Assembly (NCBI GenBank): GCA_965199345.1
Contig: CBDARA010000002.1
Span: forward strand, 984,019 to 1,048,018
Origin: Acetobacteraceae bacterium
Lineage (GTDB): Bacteria; Pseudomonadota; Alphaproteobacteria; Acetobacterales; Acetobacteraceae
DNA length: 64,000 nt
Direction: 5' to 3'
Part shown: positions 11,228 to 18,991 of the stretch, piece by piece
How the letters are laid out: each line of letters opens with the position of its first letter
Position numbering within the stretch: position 1 is the first letter of the stretch
The notes under the pieces: model-generated
What the model was told of the DNA's origin: nothing
What the model saw: the letters and a program-made list of their open reading frames with translations, nothing else
The model's database searches: none
Program-made: the position numbers and the translations under genes

Positions 11228-14200
11228 TCAGGAGGAGAGCGGAGCGGCGAGACGCCAGATCGAGTAGGGCCGCTCGGGCGCGAGGCGGAGGGTCTGCTGC
11301 TTGCCCGCCAGCGCGAAGCGCCGGTCGTCGAGCAGGTCTTCGAACTGCAGCGTGCCGTGATCGGGCAGGCCGGAGCGCCATAGCGGCAATTCGATGGCGC
11401 TCTCGTGCGCCTGAAGCGGATCGAGGCTGACGGCGATGAGCAGGACGTTGCTGCGGTCCGTCGTCGCCTTCTCGTAGACGAGCACCGCATCGCTCGATGA
11501 CGGCAGGAACTTGACGCCGAGATGCGTCTGCAACGCCGGGTTCGCGCGCCTGATCGCGTTCAGGCGCGTGATCTCGGGCACGATGTTCCCCGAACGGTTC
11601 CAATCCCAGGCGCGCAGCTGGAACTTTTCGCTGTCGAGATATTCCTCCTTGCCCGGCGCCAGTGGGGTGCCTTCGCAGAGTTCGAACCCGTTGTAGACGC
11701 CCCAGAGGCCCGACAGCGTCGCGGCGAGCGCCGCCCGGATCAGGAAGCCGGGCCGTCCGCTGTCCTGCAGGAAGAACGGGTTGATGTCCGGCGTGTTGAC
11801 GAAGAAATGAGGCCGGAAGAACTCGCGGAGCGGCCCGTCGGCGAGCTCCTCGAGATACGCCGCGAGCTCCGCCTTGTCGTTCCGCCAGGTGAAGTAGGTG
11901 TAGGATTGCGAGAAGCCGACCTTGGCGAGCCGCGCCATCACCTTCGGCCGCGTGAACGCCTCGGCGAGGAACACGGCATCCGGATAGCGCTGCCGGATCT
12001 CACCGATCATCCACTGCCAGAACGGGAATGGCTTGGTGTGCGGGTTGTCGACCCGGAACAGGCGGATGCCCCGCTCGCACCAGAACATGACCACCTGCGC
12101 GAGCTCGAGCCAGAGGCCCGGCACCGAACCGGCCGCGTAGAAATCGACGTTGACGATGTCCTGGTACTTCTTGGGCGGGTTCTCGGCGTAGCGAATGGTG
12201 CCGTCGGGACGCCAGACGAACCAATCCTTGTGCTCGGTGAGCCATGGATGGTCGGGCGAGCACTGGATCGCGAAATCGATCGCGATCTCCAGCCCGTGCG
12301 ACGCGGCGGCCCCGAGCAGATGCTCGAAATCGTTGAAGCTGCCGAGTTCCGGATGCAGCGCGTCGTGGCCGCCATCATCGGAGCCGATCGCGTAGGGCGA
12401 TCCGGGATCCGTCGCCGAGGGGGTGAGGGTGTTGTTCGGCCCCTTCCGGTTGGTGCGTCCGATCGGATGGATCGGTGGGAAGTAGAGCACGTCGAAACCC
12501 ATGTCGCGGATCCGAGGCAGGTGCCGCTCGACGTCCCTGAAGGTGCCGTGACGGCCGACATCGTCGGAAAGCGACCGCGGAAACACCTCGTACCAGGAGG
12601 CGAAGGCGGCGCCCGTCCGCTCGGCGTCGACCGGCATCGGGGCGGTCGAGACGGCGTGCGGCCGCGGGTCGGCCCGCATCATCGCGGCGTTGAGCGCGTC
12701 GTCGAGCAGGATGGCGCGTCGAGCATCGTCGTCGTCGGCGGCCTCGAGCCGTCCGACGAGCGATCGCGCACCCGGTTCGGCGCTGCCGCCGAGCTGCTCG
12801 ACCACCAGCGCCGTGCCCTCGCGGATCTCGAGCGCGGTCGGCACACCCGCGTTGTGCTTCTTGGCGAGCTCGTCGCGGAACGTCGCGAACGCGTCGCGCC
12901 AGGCGACCACGCGGTAATGGTGCATGCCGACGATCGCGATCGGGAATGCGGCCTGCCAACGATCGTTGCCGAGCGGCGCGAGGCGCGTCTCTGACCAGTC
13001 GGGGTCGCCGGGCCCTCGCCATTGCAGCGCCGCGCCGAGCTTGTCGTGGCCGTCGCCGATGATGTCGATCTCGACGGTGACCGTCTCCCCGGCGCGGCGC
13101 TTGACCGCGAACTGACCGCCATCGACGGCGGGCGTCGGGTTCTCGAGCGCGAGGCGCGGCATCGTGGCCGCCGCCTGGCGCGCGGCTTCGGGGTCGAGCG
13201 GCGCCGGCGAGGTGCTCCGCTCGGCGCGCTCGGCCTGGAACAGGCGGAAGGCGCCCGCCGCGAGCGTGATGCCGTGGCCGGGCACCAGCCGCTCGCCTTC
13301 CCCTGGGTGGGTCGCGGTGAAAGGGCCGAACAGGCCGCCGACGGAGGGCAGGAACTGCGCCGGATCGATCGTCGCCTCGCTCCGCGCGCTGGTGTTGAGC
13401 AGCGCGAGGAACGCCATGCGGGCGCCGCGCGGGTCGGGCTCGGCCGTGCGCAGCGACGCGAGCACCGGGGCGTGGATGCCGTTCAGCAGCGCGACCCCCG
13501 CGCCGGAGGCGAGTGCCGCCGCCGCCGGCCCGTCGAACAGCGCGTTGGTCTCGCGCAGCAGGCGGCGGACCGTGTCGTCGGTCGCGATGGTGGCGGCCGG
13601 CAGGATCCAGCCGCTGCCGAGCGACAGCGCGAGGCCGAGATCGCGCGTGAGCCCGGCCTGCGACGACACGGTCCCGGATTGCCGCGCGAGACTGACGGCG
13701 GGCACCAGGACGGGCGCGATCCGCCGCAGATGGTCGAGTTCGGAGAAGAACCAGTCATCCGCCCAGTTCCACCACGCGCTCGACGCGACCACGTGGTCGA
13801 GCAATCCGGCCGGGATCCTTTCGAGCTGGTCCCACGGCAAACCGGCGGTGTCGGCGATGACGATGAAGCCGGGCAGCCGCTCGCGAACCGCCCGTGCGAT
13901 CGCATGCACGGTCGCACCGTCCGCGCGGGCGAGGCGACGGAGGCGGACGCCGTCGAGGCCGGCGCGCGCGAGCGCTTCGGCGAGATCCGCGACGAGGCCG
14001 GCGAGCGAGGCGGCGCCCGCCTCGCCCTGCGGTGGCGCGCGCTCGGGCTCGAGCACGCGGCGGGGGTCGAACAGACCCGACGTATCGGGCTCGGCGAAGG
14101 CGCTGCGGTTCGCGCGATGGAGCGGCGAATGGGCTGCGACCCCGTCGACCGGCAGGTCGGCGATCAGCGCGATCGGCGTGCCGGCGCGCGCCCGCGCGAG

Positions 14201-14446
14201 TGTCGCGAGCCCTTCCTCGATCGTCCCGCCGCCGAACACGGCTGCGGCTCGCGACCCGTCGGCGAGCAGGCCGTCGCGCGTCTCGAAGGGTGTCGGCAAC
14301 AGTGCCGCGTCGAAGCCGAGCCCGCTCGCCTCGGCCAGCGCCGCGCGAAGATCGAGCCCTTCCGTGTCGGGGATCTCGCGCAGGCGGAACGGTCGCTTCG
14401 CGGCTTGGTTCTCGCGGGTCGCGCCCACCGGTTGGAGCGTGTCCAT
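11228..14446 (-). CDS. glgE: alpha-1,4-glucan:maltose-1-phosphate maltosyltransferase with an N-terminal extension of about 428 aa
   Basis: The GlgE-type region starts near internal Met 13162 (MPRLALENPTPAVDGGQFAVKR...) and contains a GH13 core (RVDNPHTKPF, FLAEAFTRP). The frame stays protein-like up to ATG 14446, which is preceded by GGGGGAGAG. Further upstream the frame is junk. Confidence 0.82.
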   Translation of the reverse strand: MDTLQPVGATRENQAAKRPFRLREIPDTEGLDLRAALAEASGLGFDAALLPTPFETRDGLLADGSRAAAVFGGGTIEEGLATLARARAGTPIALIADLPVDGVAAHSPLHRANRSAFAEPDTSGLFDPRRVLEPERAPPQGEAGAASLAGLVADLAEALARAGLDGVRLRRLARADGATVHAIARAVRERLPGFIVIADTAGLPWDQLERIPAGLLDHVVASSAWWNWADDWFFSELDHLRRIAPVLVPAVSLARQSGTVSSQAGLTRDLGLALSLGSGWILPAATIATDDTVRRLLRETNALFDGPAAAALASGAGVALLNGIHAPVLASLRTAEPDPRGARMAFLALLNTSARSEATIDPAQFLPSVGGLFGPFTATHPGEGERLVPGHGITLAAGAFRLFQAERAERSTSPAPLDPEAARQAAATMPRLALENPTPAVDGGQFAVKRRAGETVTVEIDIIGDGHDKLGAALQWRGPGDPDWSETRLAPLGNDRWQAAFPIAIVGMHHYRVVAWRDAFATFRDELAKKHNAGVPTALEIREGTALVVEQLGGSAEPGARSLVGRLEAADDDDARRAILLDDALNAAMMRADPRPHAVSTAPMPVDAERTGAAFASWYEVFPRSLSDDVGRHGTFRDVERHLPRIRDMGFDVLYFPPIHPIGRTNRKGPNNTLTPSATDPGSPYAIGSDDGGHDALHPELGSFNDFEHLLGAAASHGLEIAIDFAIQCSPDHPWLTEHKDWFVWRPDGTIRYAENPPKKYQDIVNVDFYAAGSVPGLWLELAQVVMFWCERGIRLFRVDNPHTKPFPFWQWMIGEIRQRYPDAVFLAEAFTRPKVMARLAKVGFSQSYTYFTWRNDKAELAAYLEELADGPLREFFRPHFFVNTPDINPFFLQDSGRPGFLIRAALAATLSGLWGVYNGFELCEGTPLAPGKEEYLDSEKFQLRAWDWNRSGNIVPEITRLNAIRRANPALQTHLGVKFLPSSSDAVLVYEKATTDRSNVLLIAVSLDPLQAHESAIELPLWRSGLPDHGTLQFEDLLDDRRFALAGKQQTLRLAPERPYSIWRLAAPLSS

Positions 14447-14493
14447 CTCTCCCCCTTCGCCTCGACCGCCAGCCTGCGCGAGCGTGATGGAGG

Positions 14494-14519
14494 AACGTCG
14501 GTTTCGGTTGCTTGGTTGC
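14494..14519 (-). promoter_or_regulatory. candidate EcfG-type (general stress) promoter upstream of glgE
   Basis: The minus strand reads GCAAC-N17-CGTT about 48 nt upstream of the glgE ATG. The consensus I recall is GGAAC-N16-17-CGTT, so there is one mismatch in the -35 box. Confidence 0.25.
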
Positions 14520-14589
14520 CCGCCGCGGGACGATCGTCCACGCGGCGTCGGGGGTGGTGGTCGCGGGTCCGGCCCTCGTCGGGCGGTGG

Positions 14590-15336
14590 TCAGGCGATGG
14601 TGACGCCGCCGGTCACCGCCTGGTAGGTCGCGATCGCGAGCGTCAGCGGTTCGAAGGGTTTCGTGATGACGAAGGCGGGTTCGAGCGCGTCCCCGGTCAG
14701 CAGGCGCTCCGGGTAGGCGGTGACGAAGATCACGGGCGCACGGTGGTGTCGCATGATCCGGCTGATCGCGTGCGCGCCGTCGCCGCCCGCGCCGAGGTTG
14801 ATGTCGGCGAGGATCAGCCCCGGGCGGGCGTCGGCGGCGATCCGCACGGCGTCCGCCTCCGTCGCGGCGACGCCGACGACGCGGTGGCCGCAGTTCTGGA
14901 CCAGCTCCTCGATGTCCATCGCGATGATCGGCTCGTCCTCGATGATCAGCACGTCGGCCGACGCCGCCGAGCGGAGCTGCTCGCGGGCGACGCCGAGCGC
15001 GGCCGACGCCTCTGCTTCGTCGAGGCCGGTGATGCCGGCCGCCTGCGCCGACGAGCAATCCTCGAGCGTGGTGAGCAGCAGCAGTTGGCGCTGCTTGTGG
15101 CTGAGGCCGACCGGCGTCTCGCCGCTCACGTCGGCGTCGAACCGCCGGGTCAGCCACCGGTAAAGCGTCAGGCGAGCGTCCGCGGCGGTGGCGTCGCGTC
15201 CCTGTGGCAGCATCTGGCGCAGGCCCTCGGCGACCAGGAGGTCGCCGCGAGGTTGGCTGCCGGTCAGAGCACGGGCATACCGGCGGCCATACGGAAGGGC
15301 CCGGATCAGGTCGTTGCGCCAGGAGTCCATCATCAT
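14590..15336 (-). CDS. phyR: PhyR anti-anti-sigma response regulator (sigma-like N-domain plus receiver)
   Basis: 248 aa. The N-terminus resembles ECF sigma regions 2/4 (YGRRYARALTG..., LSHKQRQLLLLTTLE). The C-terminus is a receiver domain (VLIIEDEPIIAMD...LILADINLG...VIFVTAYPE). Confidence 0.9.
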   Translation of the reverse strand: MMMDSWRNDLIRALPYGRRYARALTGSQPRGDLLVAEGLRQMLPQGRDATAADARLTLYRWLTRRFDADVSGETPVGLSHKQRQLLLLTTLEDCSSAQAAGITGLDEAEASAALGVAREQLRSAASADVLIIEDEPIIAMDIEELVQNCGHRVVGVAATEADAVRIAADARPGLILADINLGAGGDGAHAISRIMRHHRAPVIFVTAYPERLLTGDALEPAFVITKPFEPLTLAIATYQAVTGGVTIA

Positions 15337-15402
15337 TCCAGCTTCCCTTGCTCCCGCCGACCGTTCTCCGTGGCGGGATGGACATCCGTCGGACGCGAGG
15401 TC

Positions 15403-15960
15403 GTGAGCGACCCGAATGTCGGTCCGAGCAACGTGGCCCCGGACATCGCAGCCCTACGACGCGACCTTACATCCCTGTTGCCCGACCTGCGCGCCTTCGC
15501 ACGTTTCCTGGCACGCGACCCTGTGGCCGCGGACGATCTCGTGCAGGACACGGTCGTAAGGGCGCTGGGCGCCCTTGGTCAATTCCGGCCCGGGACGAAC
15601 CTCAAGGCCTGGTTGTTCACGATCGAGCGAAACGCCTTCTACGAACAGGCGCGGCGACGGCGGCGCGAGGACCGCCTGCTGCGCGAGCAGGACCGGTCGG
15701 AACGCGCGCAGCCGCCGTCGCAGGTCGGGCGGACCGAACTCACCGACCTGCAGAAACTGCTGTTCTCGTTGCCGCCGCTGCTGCGTGAAGCCCTCGTGCT
15801 GGTCGGCGCGCAGGAAATGAGCCACGAGGCCGCGGCGTCGATCTGTGGCGTGCCGGTCGGCACGATGAAGGCTCGCGTGTCGCGCGCGCGGAGCGCGCTC
15901 GCCCGTCTCGCGGGGGGCGGCGAGGGCGCCGATCCGGGAGATGCGTCCGCGTCGAGATGA
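15403..15960 (+). CDS. ECF sigma factor, EcfG-like paralogue 1
   Basis: GTG 15403 is in frame with DDLVQDTVVRAL...FRPGTNLKAWLFTIERNAFYEQARRRRRE...LREALVLVGAQEMSHEAAASICGVPVGTMKARVSRAR. Divergent from phyR. Start uncertain (alternative GTG 15433). Confidence 0.8.
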   Translation: MSDPNVGPSNVAPDIAALRRDLTSLLPDLRAFARFLARDPVAADDLVQDTVVRALGALGQFRPGTNLKAWLFTIERNAFYEQARRRRREDRLLREQDRSERAQPPSQVGRTELTDLQKLLFSLPPLLREALVLVGAQEMSHEAAASICGVPVGTMKARVSRARSALARLAGGGEGADPGDASASR

Positions 15961-16056
15961 TCCGCCGATCCATTGCTCTCGTTCACGTGATCGATCCGAC
16001 GCAACGTCGGGCCGCGGCGTTCATTGGTAAGTCACTATCGGTGAGCAGGAGCGACG

Positions 16057-16623
16057 ATGAGCGCGACGACGGATTTCCACGATCAGGTGATCGGCATCCT
16101 GCCGAAGCTTCGGGTGCAGGCGCTGGCTCTGACCCGCAACCGCGCTGCGGCCGAGGATCTGGTTCAGGATGCCGTCTGCAACGCGCTGTCGGCGCAGTCG
16201 TCGTTCATACCCGGCACGAACTTCTCGGCCTGGATGCACCGCATCCTCCGTAACCGCTTCATCTCGAACCTGCGGAAGCGCCGCGACACCACCGATATCG
16301 ACGATGTGCCGGCGTCGACCTTCGCGAGCGACGCGCCGCACGAGGATCGTCTCGCCCTGAAGGATCTCGGCAAGGCGATGACGCGGCTTCCGGCCGATCA
16401 GCGCGAGGCGCTGGTCATGGTGGTGGTGCACGGCATGAGCTACGAGGCTCTCGCCGAGGCGACGGGCTGCGCGGTCGGGACCGCGAAGAGCCGCGTCTTC
16501 CGGGCGCGGCGTCAGCTGGAAGCCTGGCTGATGGGCGAGAAGCCGCAGATCTCCTCGGGTGCGCGCCGCGCCCGCCCTGCGGCGGTCGTGACCGATGATG
16601 CGCTACGCCAGATCGTGGCCTGA
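16057..16623 (+). CDS. ecfG: ECF sigma factor, EcfG-like paralogue 2
   Basis: 188 aa. EDLVQDAVCNAL...FIPGTNFSAWMHRILRNRFISNLRKRRD...QREALVMVVVHGMSYEALAEATGCAVGTAKSRVFRARRQL. Confidence 0.85.
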   Translation: MSATTDFHDQVIGILPKLRVQALALTRNRAAAEDLVQDAVCNALSAQSSFIPGTNFSAWMHRILRNRFISNLRKRRDTTDIDDVPASTFASDAPHEDRLALKDLGKAMTRLPADQREALVMVVVHGMSYEALAEATGCAVGTAKSRVFRARRQLEAWLMGEKPQISSGARRARPAAVVTDDALRQIVA

Positions 16624-16699
16624 TCCGGTTCGTCACCTGGGCTCTCGTCCCGAATGCACGGCGCGCCACTCGCATGGCGCGACCGTCGGGTCCCCGGCG

Positions 16700-16909
16700 A
16701 TGAACTTTTCGAGGATGCCGACATCGAAGGACAAGGTCGCTGCACCGGCGCCGAAATCGCCTCGTAAGGGCGATCAGGCGTTCGACCTCTGGCTGCAGCG
16801 TGGCTTGCATCAGATGTTCGACGATGTGGCCAGCGAGCCGGTGCCGGAAGACCTGCTGCGCCTCATCGAAGAGGACAGGCAGCGCTCCGCACCGTCCGAG
16901 AAGGAGTAG
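16700..16909 (+). CDS. nepR: NepR anti-sigma factor
   Basis: 69 aa from ATG 16700. Carries the NepR-type core DLWLQRGLHQMFDDVASEPVPEDLLRLIEE. The longer track ORF from 16595 overlaps the sigma gene. Confidence 0.75.
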   Translation: MNFSRMPTSKDKVAAPAPKSPRKGDQAFDLWLQRGLHQMFDDVASEPVPEDLLRLIEEDRQRSAPSEKE

Positions 16910-16954
16910 GCGTTCCGTTCACGCGAGGCGCCCGGACTGTCTTGGCTTCCATGT

Positions 16955-18766
16955 TTGCCGCTCGTGAGCGGGACCTCTCCGGGACGGGACGTGGCGCTCG
17001 TGCGGTTCAGGCTGTCTCCCGCGTCGGTCCGCTCGCGATTGATCATCGTGATCCTGCTCGCCGTGTTTCCACTCACGGCCAGCGCGGCCTTTCTGGCCTG
17101 GCGAGGCTACGAGGAGGCGCTCGGACACAGTGCCCGGCGAACCGAAACCGCGCTGATCGGCTTCCTCGCCGATCAGGATGAGGCCGTGCGCGAGGCGGCC
17201 GCGGGCCTGCGGGCGCTTGGGACGCTCCCCGGCATCGCCGCGCCGGGAACCTGTCCCGCGCTGGCGGCGATCGCGTTGCGCCTGTCGGGCGGCCATCTCG
17301 AGGCGATCGCGGTGCGGGATGGCGACGGTCATCTCGTCTGCTCGTCCGGTGACGGCCTGCCTGATCTCGACGGTGTCGCGACCGTTCCGCTTGGTGGCAC
17401 GGCGAGCGTTCCGCCCGGTGCGGTCGCGAGCGTTCCGCTCGGTGCGGTCGCGAGCGTTCCGCTCGACGGCACGCCGTCGGTACGGCTCGCCCGCATCGCG
17501 CCACTGCCCCATGGGCGCTGGGCCATCCCGATCCGGGTCTCTCCGACGGCCGGCATCCGCATCGACGCCGATGTCGCGGTCGACCTTGCCGCGCTCGGAC
17601 GACAGCGCACCGGTGCGGTGATCGGGGCGACCTGGACCCAAACGGACACCGGGCCCGAGCTCCTGGCCGGGGACGCGGCCGTGCTGCCGCCCTCGTCGGG
17701 CGTGCTCGCCGCTCTCGCATCGGGGGACCGATCGACACTCGCGACCGATGCCGCGGGCCGCCTGCACGCCTACAGCATCGGTGCCTTGCCGGAGGGCACG
17801 CGCGTCGTCTCGGGCGACTTCGCCAATGACGACGAGTCTCACGCGACGATCCTGCTGGTCCGCCGCTTCGTGGCCATCGCGCTGCTGCTGCTGCTCGAAC
17901 TGGTGATCGTGGCGGTCGGCGCTCACGTGACCGTTGCGGCACCGATCCGTGCTCTCACCCGGCGCGTCACGCGCTGGCAGTCCGGGGGCGGTTTCGACAC
18001 CGGCCACATGCGGTTCGTTCCGAGCGAACTCGCGGCGCTCATCCTGGTATTCGGTCAGGCGACGGCGGCGCTCGCCGAGCGGGAACGACAGCTCGAGCGG
18101 GCGACAAGCGAGCAGGAACTCCTGATCAAGGAGATCCATCATCGCGTGAAGAACAACCTCCAGATCATCGCCTCGCTGCTGAACCTGCAGGCAAATCGCA
18201 TCCGCGCGCCCGAAGCCAAGGCGGAGTTCGGTGCCGCACGCGACCGCGTGCGGGCGCTCGCGACGCTGCATCGTCACCTTTACTCGGAGGGCGGCCTGCA
18301 CACGATCGCCATGCGGCCCTTCATCCTCGAACTTTGCGGCCAGCTGCTGGAGGCTATGGGCGAGCGCGAAGGTCGCCGGATCCAGCTCGAGGTCGAGGCG
18401 CCGGAAATCGAGATGTCGAGCGATCAGGCCGTGCCGCTCGCACTGGTGGTGACCGAGGCGGTGAGCAACGCCATCAAATATGCGTTTCCGAACGGGCGTT
18501 CCGGTCACGTGGCGGTCCGTCTCACGCGCAGCGGCGCGAACACGCTCGAGTTGGTCGTGCAGGACGACGGCATCGGCATTCCGGCGGGTCGCGCCGAAAC
18601 CGAGACCGGCATACGCGACGGGCTCGGCATCCAGCTGATACGCGGCTTCGCGCGCCAGCTCGGCGCGACGCTCACGATCACCGAGGACAACGGCACCCGC
18701 TACCACCTCGTGCTCGAACGGCAGACGTCGCGCAGCGACCCGGCGCGCGCAGTCTCCGTCGCGTAA
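16955..18766 (+). CDS. sensor histidine kinase, HisKA_2/HWE type (PhyK-like position)
   Basis: H-box EIHHRVKNNLQIIASLLNLQ. ATPase domain (VTEAVSNAIKYAF...QDDGIGIP...GLGIQLIRGFARQLGA). N-terminal TM segment (LIIVILLAVFPL). Start uncertain (TTG 16955, GTG 16991 or GTG 17000). Confidence 0.8.
   Translation: MPLVSGTSPGRDVALVRFRLSPASVRSRLIIVILLAVFPLTASAAFLAWRGYEEALGHSARRTETALIGFLADQDEAVREAAAGLRALGTLPGIAAPGTCPALAAIALRLSGGHLEAIAVRDGDGHLVCSSGDGLPDLDGVATVPLGGTASVPPGAVASVPLGAVASVPLDGTPSVRLARIAPLPHGRWAIPIRVSPTAGIRIDADVAVDLAALGRQRTGAVIGATWTQTDTGPELLAGDAAVLPPSSGVLAALASGDRSTLATDAAGRLHAYSIGALPEGTRVVSGDFANDDESHATILLVRRFVAIALLLLLELVIVAVGAHVTVAAPIRALTRRVTRWQSGGGFDTGHMRFVPSELAALILVFGQATAALAERERQLERATSEQELLIKEIHHRVKNNLQIIASLLNLQANRIRAPEAKAEFGAARDRVRALATLHRHLYSEGGLHTIAMRPFILELCGQLLEAMGEREGRRIQLEVEAPEIEMSSDQAVPLALVVTEAVSNAIKYAFPNGRSGHVAVRLTRSGANTLELVVQDDGIGIPAGRAETETGIRDGLGIQLIRGFARQLGATLTITEDNGTRYHLVLERQTSRSDPARAVSVA
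17369..17488 (+). repeat. in-frame 24-bp (8-aa) tandem repeat inside the kinase sensor region
   Basis: Two perfect copies of GGTGCGGTCGCGAGCGTTCCGCTC (17417-17440 and 17441-17464) are flanked by three degenerate copies. Protein: GVATVPL GGTASVPP GAVASVPL GAVASVPL DGTPSVRL. Confidence 0.85.
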
Positions 18767-18910
18767 AAGCGCGCAGTCTCCGTCGCGTGAGCACGCGCAA
18801 TGTGCGTCACGTGAGCACGCGCGCTGTCCGTCGCTTGAGCAAGCGCGCTGTCCGTCACGTGAGCACGCGCGCTGTCCGTCGCGGGGCACGCGCGCTTCCC
18901 GTCGCGTGAC
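18743..18910. repeat. seven phased 24-bp tandem units spanning the kinase stop codon and the kinase-cydD spacer
   Basis: The unit is approximately GCACGCGCGCTGTCCGTCACGTGA. In the kinase frame, stop codons fall at 18764, 18788, 18812, 18836 and 18860, exactly 24 nt apart. Confidence 0.85.
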
Positions 18911-18991
18911 GTGACGATGCGTCCACGCAGGCGGACCGACGCTCGACGGCGGCCCGTGCGGGATTAGATTGGCCGTGACCGAGGGGGGCGG

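Noticed and set aside
15293-15315. GGAAG-N14-CGTT upstream of ECF sigma paralogue 1, and GCAAC-N12-CGTT at about 16002-16024 upstream of paralogue 2, as EcfG autoregulatory promoters.
   Set aside because: The spacers of 14 and 12 nt are too short for the GGAAC-N16-17-CGTT architecture. A -35 mismatch adds to the doubt.
14447-15385. Extension of the glgE ORF upstream of ATG 14446 to 15385.
   Set aside because: It would run through phyR in another frame. Its composition is junk (RRRR, PPPP runs), and a strong RBS precedes 14446.
18743-18910. The 24-bp repeat array as a CRISPR array.
   Set aside because: The units are directly adjacent with no unique spacers, there are no cas genes nearby, and the repeat is too short.
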